Shown here: positions 9,701 to 18,223 of the stretch, in pieces
Position numbering within the stretch: position 1 is the first letter of the stretch
How the letters are laid out: each line of letters begins with the position of its first letter
IMG/VR virus record: IMGVR_UViG_3300024231_001313
Location: 1 to 47,443 of that record
Source of the DNA: a virus
Taxonomy: Duplodnaviria > Caudoviricetes
DNA length: 47,443 nt
Reading direction: 5' to 3' (one strand)
Notes under the pieces: model-generated
What the model was told of the DNA's origin: nothing
Databases searched by the model: none
Seen by the model: only the letters and a program-made list of their open reading frames with translations
Position numbers and translations under genes: made by a program

Positions 9701-11576
9701 AGGAGCTAGAGAAGCTAGGTTTACATGTAACATATTTTTTGATCGTGGTACTAAAATTTATGACGCTTTGAATTTAGTGTGCTCTACATTCAGAGGCATG
9801 ATATATTTTGATAATTCAACAGTTAGCTTTTCGGACGATATGATAAAAAGGCCAATTATGACCTTCAATAATAAAAATGTTGTAAACGCTACATTTAACT
9901 ACTCAAGCTTACCTAGAGACTCAAAATACAACGCTATAGAAGTATCTTACATAGACGCACTGGACGGTTACAAACCAAAAATAGAATATGTCGAAAACGA
10001 GCAAGATATAATAAAAAGAGGTTTGTTTAAAAGAACTCTTAATGGGTTTGGGATAACTTCACAATCACAAGCAAAGAGAACTGGCTTACATATATTGTAT
10101 TCGGCAGAAAAAGAAAACGAAACTGTTAATTTCGTTGCTGGATTAGAAGGTATGCTTTGTAAGCCTGGAGATTTAGTAATAATTGACGACGACCTAAAGA
10201 CTTTGACTAGTAATTTCGGTAAGGTGCTAGATGTAAATCCAGAATCAGGAGTAGTGAAACTTTCAGAAAGAATAGATGCCGACAGCAACGTAAAATATTT
10301 AGAAGATAAGATAACATTTTTATCTCCAACTGGACAACAGACCACACAAGAGCTAGACGAATTACTTCTATTGAAAAGGCATAGGTATGAAGAGTTCGAC
10401 ATGAGCTCTGAATTTTCTAGCTTTATAAACAAAAAGCTAAATGGAAGTTATACTTTTAAAGAGTATGTTTCAGGTTTTGATGATTTAACTCTATCAAGTG
10501 ATGTCTTTGGTATAGCTTCAGGAGAAAATGTAGTAGATTTGCAAAACCAATATGCTTTTTATACTGGAGAACAACAAGGGACAAAACACTTTTTATGGTA
10601 CTCTACTCTTTATACGGGATGGATATTTTCTACAGGACAAGCTTTCACGCACACCACTACTTACGATAAGTATATATCGGCTGCATCAGGAGATCAACCT
10701 TATGTAGTTACTCGTCTTGATTATTTCAATTCAGTAAACGATAACAGTGCTAAATGGTATAAGTTTAAAACTGCCAACGACGGAAGAGATGCGACGGAAT
10801 CATTCAATCTTTATCAAGATTTTTTAGGCCTGAGGTACTACGAGGGATTAACTGATCAAGATGTGAGAATAAACGAAACATCTCAAATCATAGAAATGCC
10901 TGTTGTCTCTGGTTCTAATAATGATTATGGATCAGAAATTAAAGTTGACGTAAACGATGAAACATATTTTCACTTGCCTTTCGTTCAGGAGGGTAGTATT
11001 TATAGATTCAAAACTATAAATAATGATAATACTGTTTATAAAATCTTAACGGTAACCGAACAAGCTACAAACGCTTACTCTATAGTAGCAAATAGATTTG
11101 AAAGTGGCAAGTATGAACAAATTGAAAAAATATATACAAATGAATCATCAAGTTACGCAGATCCATACGACAGTAAATACAGTACAGAAGGCAACACTTA
11201 CTTTCCTCTTGCAAAACCTGGTAACGTTTCTTGGAATCCAATACCTGTTGTAGACGGAAATGAAACTCAAGCAGTTATAGTTGGAGATTGGAGAAAAGTA
11301 GCGAACGCAACTGGTTATAGAATTACAGTTACCAATACATTTGGAGGAGAAAGAATATCAGCAACTACAGAGGATATTCAATTTGATATAGACCAAATAG
11401 ATCAAAATGGAAATTATATAATAGAACTCACAGCTCTTGGCGCTATTTTTGATAACCAAGACTATTACAGTCACTATCTAGATTCAGACCCAGTAGTGAC
11501 CCCTGTCGAAATTGATTTTATACCCGAAGAATTATCTGCAGACAGCTCCTTTGTAGGTGGCGTTATTATAATTTAA
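6750..11576 (+). CDS. Tip attachment / host specificity protein J (central tail fibre)
   Basis: DLISDGPIEG, SVYLNDVPV, YPYSA, VKIPSNY, WDGTFKIGWTDNPAWILYDMLTSTRYGLG, ARFCD, EARFTCN, FGITSQSQAKR, PGDLVII; C-terminal FN3-like segment. Confidence 0.93.
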   Translation: MKHFEKKASYAGSKKGGGKPPPPKPPVLRPPKLGSYKIGASYQFSESVDLISDGPIEGFCNKFGTIVDSRNLLQSVYLNDVPVEESTQPAKTRVTDTDFEVGNLDFSLRVKSLFESLKEGGPGSLNYDRVKKRNIKYSIAKKSGGKRKRISTTEYDFNWNINLSTSVSTTPGYLPLSHWQNVGFESYRNDGKLYKIYGKQNRFYTYNGSINQNYNQPLYLEQRFFENRSANRIKDQRFNSVTGGFIFDFQKSISRINQDCFRGPSRLKLQKSQCDRPNVDYATCLEDYTENGNPKSVDAVCHRGAYQIQAVWANQQSNKWEYQYLKKKLQSLNVKIPAGGVTFDFIKQIVSSRNAGTPQFATRFTGQSQENLLGPYIAFGFTGVIEGFTASDKDIFVQDAIVRRHEIDFVCNLDDPKWNDRQKRVVNLLIPELNPESGEWNGKVKGFYLHNFEYETKTKSGVLASRSPQGARIDAVGEVYNTNIIENDVAFYRNVNSLTVYKVNSSNLDSTPKYNYLNILAESRLGDGPQQQKPLSFFKHVYLDKDIRKALVGPFTTNPAQRQQSLINWTLDAIYKDANGHLKQRSLHVADKENTSIYGPYRVPYDTAIPGMKRNPDTNEQEWLRALEEGSKDIRQSSKNYFNFSDWNSYKENFDEQAQPITHVISNPNVDECYVTFGIEALVDSLHRDQTQQDGRGDYLGSPIPGILNIRIEVGYISPKGGDEEGKFVRTYDRFFRIVSLIEGTAALDIGNPDNRESLVELNYVKEMYRDEGGSESNYSGGVGDPFELPSAVYNSSYSYEELHRERYIRITKLSTEGNSSLITKAINVAKVTEIIPLTFNYPYSAFMATKLDSRTFGQIPARSYDARLKRVKIPSNYSPLNRDGSDKRYWSNADELKKAGQISTTRVYNGDWDGTFKIGWTDNPAWILYDMLTSTRYGLGEHLKPENINKWQLYKIARFCDAVDSDGYFVGVSDGFSKSGKATGAREARFTCNIFFDRGTKIYDALNLVCSTFRGMIYFDNSTVSFSDDMIKRPIMTFNNKNVVNATFNYSSLPRDSKYNAIEVSYIDALDGYKPKIEYVENEQDIIKRGLFKRTLNGFGITSQSQAKRTGLHILYSAEKENETVNFVAGLEGMLCKPGDLVIIDDDLKTLTSNFGKVLDVNPESGVVKLSERIDADSNVKYLEDKITFLSPTGQQTTQELDELLLLKRHRYEEFDMSSEFSSFINKKLNGSYTFKEYVSGFDDLTLSSDVFGIASGENVVDLQNQYAFYTGEQQGTKHFLWYSTLYTGWIFSTGQAFTHTTTYDKYISAASGDQPYVVTRLDYFNSVNDNSAKWYKFKTANDGRDATESFNLYQDFLGLRYYEGLTDQDVRINETSQIIEMPVVSGSNNDYGSEIKVDVNDETYFHLPFVQEGSIYRFKTINNDNTVYKILTVTEQATNAYSIVANRFESGKYEQIEKIYTNESSSYADPYDSKYSTEGNTYFPLAKPGNVSWNPIPVVDGNETQAVIVGDWRKVANATGYRITVTNTFGGERISATTEDIQFDIDQIDQNGNYIIELTALGAIFDNQDYYSHYLDSDPVVTPVEIDFIPEELSADSSFVGGVIII

Positions 11577-11585
11577 AAAATAAAA

Positions 11586-13277
11586 ATGAAAGAAGAACTA
11601 AAAGAATTTAACCCAGGTTTTGATTTTGATATTCAAGATCTGGAAAGCCTTGGTATAGGAAGTGGTGTACATGCGGACAAAGATGTTTCTATTAGTGTTT
11701 CTGTAGTAGACAGAAAAGGAGAAGAGTTGGATAACATAGGTTTAGTATCTAAAAATAAATATTGCGAATCTATCATTTTTGACATAGCAGATATAAGTGG
11801 TAATGTAATCGTTGAGAATTACCAAAGCGGATCATCGCCGTCATTGACTATTACAGAAATAGAAAACCAATCTATTTTTGGCGAATACAAAAAGGATTTT
11901 GGAGTTTATAGTAGAGTGATAGATTCAACATCTCCAATTGTGTTCTCTGGATTTACTTCTATATATGGGAACAACTTACAAATTTCAGGGATAGAAGCTG
12001 TTGACTCAAGCGGAATTCATAAATATGAAGAGCCTGTTTCTGTACATCTTAAAGCCATGCTAGAACCAATGGATGGTTGCGATGGTGTATGGTATAACAA
12101 CGAAATCTGGGACAACAATGAAATCTGGCCTACAAGTGTTTATATATACAGCGGAGAGATGCAAGAATTAAATACTGTAACAAGGTTCCCAACTCATTAT
12201 ACACTAACTGGAGAAAGACAAATTGATTCTGGAAATTACCAATGGGAAGCTTCTTTATTCTGGGAATTTAATAATAACTACTTTTCAGGAAACCCTTCTT
12301 ACAGTCAAGACTCTTATGAAATAGAAAACTTTGAAGGCGAAGGATATTGGACTCTTGTTTTGAATGATTTTTATCCAAGCGGTTCTTTTTTAATTTCAAA
12401 GGGTTCGTCAGACCCAAGTAATCCATACGGAAGTTATATTGACGATCTTGGTTCTGGTTTTATAAACAGATATTTAAAGCAACCAAATATAAATCAAGAA
12501 ATAAAAACAGAGGATAATGAAATAGCCGTCAGTATAACTTACCAGAATAAAGAAGTATTTACTAAATTTTCCCATACAAATGTATACTCTTTTTATGGAG
12601 AAGAATTAAAAAGAGAACAGTTTCAATTCTTAGAAATGTTTACTGGTGAAAATATGCATAAAGCATTAATAGACCAAAGTTTAAACCTTCAATCAAATAA
12701 ACCTCTGTGGTTGAAATTTGAACCCTACTCAACCTTAGGGCAAGGCGAGAGCTGGATTGTTGGGCCCTTAAAAAACAAAGAGCTAAGTGAACAAGAATCT
12801 GTGACAGAAACAAACCAGATAGATATTAAAGATGGGTTTTCATCAGCCAATATAAACTTTAAACAAAGGGATATTACTGGAGTTTTAGATGGTAACTCTG
12901 GAGTTATAGATAGACTCTACGCATACAAAGAATATGGAGAGCAGAAACAAATATACGAAAGCAATGAAGGCTTGAATTTTGACTACTATACAGTACCTAC
13001 AAATGATTCTGGAGTATGGCTCAATACAACTTTTGATTACTTGATAGAATTTAAATCAAACCAAAACGCATATAACGTAAGCGATATAAAAGTAAAGCTA
13101 AGTGCTTCTGGTGTATCTACAAATCCAATGAACGAAGGAATGCCACTTTTTAGAATTACAAAAGAATCAACCAATGATATTGAAGTAGCGCTAAAGTATA
13201 GCGAAAGCGGTGTAAGCTTGCTTTGTAGTACTGGAAACGGATTTGATAGCTACAAATACTATAAAACTTCTCTATAA
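11586..13277 (+). CDS. Hypothetical acidic tail-associated protein
   Basis: 563-aa ORF 9 nt after gpJ; beta-rich composition; contains repeat copy B. Confidence 0.65.
   Translation: MKEELKEFNPGFDFDIQDLESLGIGSGVHADKDVSISVSVVDRKGEELDNIGLVSKNKYCESIIFDIADISGNVIVENYQSGSSPSLTITEIENQSIFGEYKKDFGVYSRVIDSTSPIVFSGFTSIYGNNLQISGIEAVDSSGIHKYEEPVSVHLKAMLEPMDGCDGVWYNNEIWDNNEIWPTSVYIYSGEMQELNTVTRFPTHYTLTGERQIDSGNYQWEASLFWEFNNNYFSGNPSYSQDSYEIENFEGEGYWTLVLNDFYPSGSFLISKGSSDPSNPYGSYIDDLGSGFINRYLKQPNINQEIKTEDNEIAVSITYQNKEVFTKFSHTNVYSFYGEELKREQFQFLEMFTGENMHKALIDQSLNLQSNKPLWLKFEPYSTLGQGESWIVGPLKNKELSEQESVTETNQIDIKDGFSSANINFKQRDITGVLDGNSGVIDRLYAYKEYGEQKQIYESNEGLNFDYYTVPTNDSGVWLNTTFDYLIEFKSNQNAYNVSDIKVKLSASGVSTNPMNEGMPLFRITKESTNDIEVALKYSESGVSLLCSTGNGFDSYKYYKTSL
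12070..12132 (+). repeat. 63-bp repeat, copy B
   Basis: TGGATGGTTGCGATGGTGTATGGTATAACAACGAAATCTGGGACAACAATGAAATCTGGCCTA, encoding DGCDGVWYNNEIWDNNEIWP. Confidence 0.95.
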
Positions 13278-13281
13278 AAGA

Positions 13282-13440
13282 TTAATTATCTAAAAGAGAA
13301 GAAAGAGATTCGAGAAATGCCGCCCTGAGTTTAACAGGAGTCTTAAGATATTGCTTCTTAGCTCTTCTATAAACCCTTCTGGTTACCTCGTCTTGAGGAT
13401 TTATAATTTGTCTTATTTTCTTTGCTGTTTTGTTATTCAT
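13282..13440 (-). CDS. Small basic hypothetical protein (52 aa; below the ORF-track cutoff)
   Basis: MNNKTAKKIRQIINPQDEVTRRVYRRAKKQYLKTPVKLRAAFLESLSSLLDN; ATGA coupling with the stop of the GNAT gene; fills the gap before the convergent tail ORF. Confidence 0.7.
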   Translation of the reverse strand: MNNKTAKKIRQIINPQDEVTRRVYRRAKKQYLKTPVKLRAAFLESLSSLLDN

Positions 13441-13898
13441 ATTTTTGCAATAAAGCTTGTTGAGTCTTCCTCGAATCCTAATTTTTCATAAAACCTCTTA
13501 AATCTAGGAGAATTTGGATTTCTTGCTGACGTAGAGATGTTTATATATTCAAAGTTTCTTTCTCTAGCGAAAGACGTAGCTTCTTTTAAAAGTTTGTAGC
13601 CAACTTTTTTGTTTTTTGAAAGCCATATAAACTCAGAAAAAAAAGTGCATCCGAACTTAATGCTTTTTTCATTAATGAAAATTATTACACCGTCGTATTT
13701 TTTGTTACCTTCTTTATTAGCCCATACAAAAACATCCCAGTTTAAAAGAGTAGCATTACTGAAATTGTTGATTATAGACTTGGTATCATGAAGAAGTCCA
13801 CAGGCGTGGCCTTCATTTATGTCGTCATCCTTGAATGTTTCAAAGATATCTTTGACCATCTCATTAAAGATGATTGGATTTGTAATCCTGCTAATCAT
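13437..13898 (-). CDS. GNAT-family N-acetyltransferase
   Basis: VGYKLLKEATSFARERNFEYINIS and RFYEKLGF motifs. Confidence 0.78.
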   Translation of the reverse strand: MISRITNPIIFNEMVKDIFETFKDDDINEGHACGLLHDTKSIINNFSNATLLNWDVFVWANKEGNKKYDGVIIFINEKSIKFGCTFFSEFIWLSKNKKVGYKLLKEATSFARERNFEYINISTSARNPNSPRFKRFYEKLGFEEDSTSFIAKI

Positions 13899-14719
13899 TT
13901 TGAAATTATACCTATAAGTTTTCTAGCTTCTTTTGCTGGTATATCATCAAAGGATGACCAGTTTTTGACTTCTTCGTTCAAATATTTCCCATCCTTCCAG
14001 AATGCTCTCAGGGTGTCTTTGAAGGACTCGAAAGAATCTACGCTATGTTTGTCTCTTAATGTCTTCTCAAGCAGTCCTGATGGCGTTATGGGAGCATTGC
14101 TGGATACAGCAGCTGGTGTGTTATCACTCTGATTCGAAGATGATCTATTACCAGATTTATCTATTTCATCGGCACCTACAATATGAATATTAAGAAAATT
14201 CCTTACACAGCGGACAAAAGACCTATTACAAGCAATAGTTTCCAGAAACTTCTCACAAAAAGCGTCTGTATTTTCTAAAGATGCATTAGCATAATCTTCG
14301 TAACACACATTATTATTAGCGGATTCATAATTACCAATCCATTCAATGTCGCAACGAGCGGTAACATAACCCTCCTCTACATTTCTTACATCATAACTGA
14401 CAGAATGAAAACCTCTCAACCTAGCCAGGTCTTTAATACCTCCAAGCATAATAAGAAGCTGGTTGTCTCTAAGACCTTCTGTAGAGCTAGGTACTTGCTG
14501 CCCTCTCATTTCAAACCAACCTTTATTAGGGTAAAGGAACTCTGGCTTAATCATTGCCCTCCAGTCAACAGAGCCATCTTCATTAAAGATGTAATCCACG
14601 CAGTCAAGAAGACCATGCTCATCTCTTTTGTAAACATCTGGACCGAAAATCTTTTTGGCTTTCGATTCTGTTTTGGTTGTTTTCTTTGCGGCTTTTCTCT
14701 TAGTTGTTTTCTTGCTCAT
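13895..14719 (-). CDS. Hypothetical protein, possible Rad52-superfamily ssDNA annealing protein
   Basis: GGIKDLA...VTARC.I.W...ANAS..N......ETIACNRSFVRCVRNFLNI..VGADEI resembles the Rad52-like core; low-complexity linker and small C-terminal domain. Confidence 0.45.
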   Translation of the reverse strand: MSKKTTKRKAAKKTTKTESKAKKIFGPDVYKRDEHGLLDCVDYIFNEDGSVDWRAMIKPEFLYPNKGWFEMRGQQVPSSTEGLRDNQLLIMLGGIKDLARLRGFHSVSYDVRNVEEGYVTARCDIEWIGNYESANNNVCYEDYANASLENTDAFCEKFLETIACNRSFVRCVRNFLNIHIVGADEIDKSGNRSSSNQSDNTPAAVSSNAPITPSGLLEKTLRDKHSVDSFESFKDTLRAFWKDGKYLNEEVKNWSSFDDIPAKEARKLIGIISK

Positions 14720-15854
14720 AAATATAAAAGTAATCTAATTCTTCCCAGTAAAGAGAATTATCTAATACTTTATCACTAAAGTCAACACCTTTCTTCCAAT
14801 GAGCTAAACATTTATAGGATTTATCCCCTTCAATAACACACTTAAAAGAAATGAATTTATAAGAAACATCTATGTTAGATGGTTTTTCTTTATGCGGGTC
14901 CTGATATTCAACTTCCTGATCGAAATATTGCAATCTCATTTCATCAAGTATTTCTTTGTCTTTAACAACAAAAATAAATCTTATCTTGAGTCTTTTTAAT
15001 AGGTCAAAATATAAGTCTGGGATTTTATCTGGTATTTTATTACATATAAATACTAAACTTTCAATGTTAGCACCTATGTTTTTAATCAATTCAACACTTA
15101 ATAGACTATCTTTAATAAAAATATTGCATTTGTGATTAGAACAATACTGTAAAAAAGCTTCTTGGTTAACAGTTTCCTGATCAAGCCTTAAGTTTATAAT
15201 ATTATTTCTAAAAACAGGAAGATTAACATATTTTGTAGGGATAACATCAACCTGGAAACCTTTTGTTTTGTTTCTCAATTTAGTCTTGAAGCCTACGTCT
15301 ACAGGCAAACCAATAACATTCAGAATTGAACCCGCCACATCTTCAACTTTAATCTTGTTTATTGAGTCTTTAGGATCAACCAAAGAAAGACAAGGTTTAA
15401 TATCCCAATCAGGCTCTAGATCTATTTTTTTCGATTTAGAAGACCAATAAGAAGTAGTAATAGTCGGATATATATTCCCGTATAAGTTTACAACTGGAAC
15501 ATTACACGAACCAGCATATTGAGTTAGAGCATTATCAATAGACACTAAGGCTTTAGCTTTTGATACTATATAACAATTTTTTTTAAATGACAATTCTGGA
15601 TAGAAAAAGTCAGCATTGCTAAAGAGATTTTTGGAAGAACCTATAACAACTACGCTGTAGTTTAGATTTTCAAGAGTTTTTTTAATCAACCCTACAACTA
15701 TTTCATAATAAGCATAGCTTTTAGATTGTATCTCTTGTTCATTATATATAACAATATAATTGTCTGGGAAAACAGGATAGAAATGCTTATTTACAATAGG
15801 TAGATTAGCTTCGACTCCTAGATTTTTTGAATATTCTTTTAGTAAATGTGGCAT
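14700..15854 (-). CDS. GT9 (heptosyltransferase-like) C-terminal domain plus an unknown domain
   Basis: SKSYAYY, VVVIG, IVSKAKALVSIDNALTQYAGSCNVPVVNLYG, INKIKVEDV match the GT9 C-terminal Rossmann domain, with degenerate residues. Confidence 0.65.
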   Translation of the reverse strand: MPHLLKEYSKNLGVEANLPIVNKHFYPVFPDNYIVIYNEQEIQSKSYAYYEIVVGLIKKTLENLNYSVVVIGSSKNLFSNADFFYPELSFKKNCYIVSKAKALVSIDNALTQYAGSCNVPVVNLYGNIYPTITTSYWSSKSKKIDLEPDWDIKPCLSLVDPKDSINKIKVEDVAGSILNVIGLPVDVGFKTKLRNKTKGFQVDVIPTKYVNLPVFRNNIINLRLDQETVNQEAFLQYCSNHKCNIFIKDSLLSVELIKNIGANIESLVFICNKIPDKIPDLYFDLLKRLKIRFIFVVKDKEILDEMRLQYFDQEVEYQDPHKEKPSNIDVSYKFISFKCVIEGDKSYKCLAHWKKGVDFSDKVLDNSLYWEELDYFYIYEQENN

Positions 15855-15856
15855 TT

Positions 15857-17713
15857 TTATTTTCCGTTATGTATGTAACAAGGCACTGCTTGAGTTGTTG
15901 TGCAAGGGTAGTATGCTGCTTCAAAAAAACCTTCGTGCTGACCGAAGCCTTCTAGAGACAATGGGTTTTCTAGAACAGGTGAATAACCTATACATTTATA
16001 AATATATGGATTGTCTTCTATATACTCAAAAAAATCTGGCTTGGTAAAAACATATATATTATGGTTCTTATGTTTTTTGCTTAGGTTTTTCATCAATGAG
16101 TTGATGAGAATCAAATCGGTGCCAGCTTTTTCAACAACAACAGCGATGCGCTTGCCTTCGTCATCTTTAGATAGTAAGTCCTCAAAGGAGATAGGTTTGT
16201 TTAGGTTTTCTTTTCTGGCTATGTTTATAAAGTGATGATACAAACCGTTTTGATCAACTTGCCCATACATGAGTTTAGAGAACCAAAGTTGATATCCTTT
16301 GTCATTTTTATCAATATCATCATTTAATATGTTTTTGTATAGATCTATGATGAAATCCTCATTAGATAATCCTTCTGGTTTTTCATACAGGTCATTATAT
16401 TGCAAGTTTTTGATGTCGGCATCTTCATCGAGGAAAGGTAGGGAATCTATAATTGATTCAATTTTTTTACCTATAACTTCAATAGAAAAGTTTTCAATAA
16501 CCCATTCTCTGGATTTTTTGCCTTGAGATACTCTCTCTTCTTTCGTCATGTCAAAAACTGTCTGGAGCATTTGTTTGATGCTATCGGAGTCTGTAGAGGC
16601 TTTTATAAATTGAGTTCCTGGTTCTCTATATTCATGCCAGCTGAGAGGTAGTCCACCGCTTTCTTCGGTACAGCTATCTTCACCACAAGAGTAATCTGTT
16701 ACAAGGGTAATAAGCTCTGTTAGTTTAGCTTCTTGAACAGGTATTTCTTGACCACCACTAGTAAATGGGTGGCAATATACATCCATTAAATTGTATACTT
16801 CATTCAACTGAGAATCAGAAACGCCATTTGAAACACTCGTAGTATTTAAGGTTTCGTTTTTGCAGTTTTTGCATTTCTGCTTTTCTCCACAAAAAGGTTT
16901 TACTTCATAACTGTGACACGAAGAACAAAAATAAGTAGTCAATATATCTGAGTTTTGAATACCCTTTTCTTCCAATAGTCTTGTTATGTCCCAACCTTCT
17001 CCCCAATGAGTATGTAATAAAAGTTTTGCATTAGCATTGTCTTCTTTGAATTTCTTGAATCCATCCAGTATATTTGGTACTGACTTTCTAAGTTGATTTC
17101 TAAAAACAAACCCAACAATAAAATCGTCGTCACTTAAGTTGTTAGAGGACCTGATTTCTTTTCTTGTTTTTTCTTTAAGCTTGCTAAAAACTTTAGTATC
17201 TAGTGAGCCTCTTAATGTTTTTACATGATCATAACCTTTCTCCTTAAAGGCTTTCTCTGCGAAAGAAGACCAAACATAGTAGTTTTTAATTTTAGGAGCG
17301 TAATCAACAGCCTGTGGTAAAATTGGCAAGCTATCTAAGGTTGTCCATATAATAGGGCTAACTTTATTCCACCAAGGCTTTTTATGGTAGTCTGTAAACG
17401 CCCATATGTCTTCTATACCAAGGTATACATCTGGCCTTACTTCGTTTATGATAGAGTCAATTTCAAGAGAACCATAACCAGCAGTTCTTTTTTGATCTTC
17501 ACTTAAGTTTTGGTGATTGTTTGGGACTGTTCCGTAACACTTCCATGGTAGCTTTTCCAAAGAGGGGTCACCAACAACTTTCATGTTCGCAGCCTCAACT
17601 ATTTTATATTTACCAGTGCTATAAAGGTACTTTAAAATATTTTTTTTGTTTTTCCCAAACCCAGTAAAGGCTTTGCAAAAATTAGAATGTATAAGTATGG
17701 TTTTCTTTCTCAT
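15857..17713 (-). CDS. GT4-like (GT-B) glycosyltransferase with Zn-ribbon insertion, DUF4214-like and GT9 N-terminal domains
   Basis: TGFG, RPDV, FRNQLRK, LNEVYNLMDVYCHP..GGQEIPVQEA; CSSC...CKNC insertion; FIIDLYKNIL..D...GYQLW; C-terminal RIAVV...GTDLIL...NPYI. Confidence 0.75.
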   Translation of the reverse strand: MRKKTILIHSNFCKAFTGFGKNKKNILKYLYSTGKYKIVEAANMKVVGDPSLEKLPWKCYGTVPNNHQNLSEDQKRTAGYGSLEIDSIINEVRPDVYLGIEDIWAFTDYHKKPWWNKVSPIIWTTLDSLPILPQAVDYAPKIKNYYVWSSFAEKAFKEKGYDHVKTLRGSLDTKVFSKLKEKTRKEIRSSNNLSDDDFIVGFVFRNQLRKSVPNILDGFKKFKEDNANAKLLLHTHWGEGWDITRLLEEKGIQNSDILTTYFCSSCHSYEVKPFCGEKQKCKNCKNETLNTTSVSNGVSDSQLNEVYNLMDVYCHPFTSGGQEIPVQEAKLTELITLVTDYSCGEDSCTEESGGLPLSWHEYREPGTQFIKASTDSDSIKQMLQTVFDMTKEERVSQGKKSREWVIENFSIEVIGKKIESIIDSLPFLDEDADIKNLQYNDLYEKPEGLSNEDFIIDLYKNILNDDIDKNDKGYQLWFSKLMYGQVDQNGLYHHFINIARKENLNKPISFEDLLSKDDEGKRIAVVVEKAGTDLILINSLMKNLSKKHKNHNIYVFTKPDFFEYIEDNPYIYKCIGYSPVLENPLSLEGFGQHEGFFEAAYYPCTTTQAVPCYIHNGK

Positions 17714-18177
17714 TATTTAATTTTTTTTACCCTATACTCAAAGATGGACTCTAAAACAAATTTGAAATACTGACTTAAAGAATAAGCCTCTGACATTTCT
17801 ATTCCCATGCCAAATTTATTAGATGAATTTCTAGTAACTGTAAAAGAAAAAGCCTTCGTTCCATCCTTTTTTGAATACGGGCTTAATGATATGCCTGTTG
17901 AGTTATCATCAAAGCTATGGAAAGCTCCGAATTTTTCGTACTTGTCTATCGCATAAATGAAACCGCCAATTTCAAATTCATTAAACTTTACTATAGCTGA
18001 TTTGTCTGGGTTTTTAGAGTTGCTAGAAAAAGAGCCGCTCCTTTTCTTTGGGTCCCATGAGGCTTGTTTTACGGCAGTCATGTATAAACACGGTTCTTCG
18101 TTTTTGCCCTGAGTTCCAATTCTAAACCCGAAAGCCGTCCCTGTGTTTTGAGAGTTTGGTTTGTAAAGCTGTATCAT
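17713..18177 (-). CDS. Whirly-like ssDNA-binding protein (tentative)
   Basis: LYK, KFNEFEIGGFI...AFH, SLSP..KDG..FSFTV and IEMSEA..L..YF.FVL align by eye with the plant Whirly domain pattern. Confidence 0.55.
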   Translation of the reverse strand: MIQLYKPNSQNTGTAFGFRIGTQGKNEEPCLYMTAVKQASWDPKKRSGSFSSNSKNPDKSAIVKFNEFEIGGFIYAIDKYEKFGAFHSFDDNSTGISLSPYSKKDGTKAFSFTVTRNSSNKFGMGIEMSEAYSLSQYFKFVLESIFEYRVKKIK

Positions 18178-18184
18178 ATATGAA

Positions 18185-18215
18185 ATTATAGTATAAACAG
18201 ATTAACGTTTTTCAA
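18185..18215 (-). promoter_or_regulatory. Sigma70-like promoter
   Basis: TTGAAA-N16-TACTATAAT, ending 7 nt before ATG 18177. Confidence 0.55.
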
Positions 18216-18223
18216 TTTTTGTT

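Noticed and set aside
1445-12132. Diversity-generating retroelement TR/VR pair
   Set aside because: Mismatches (C/T, A/G, C/T, C/T, T/C) are not confined to adenines of one copy on either strand, both copies are coding, and no reverse transcriptase is in the window.
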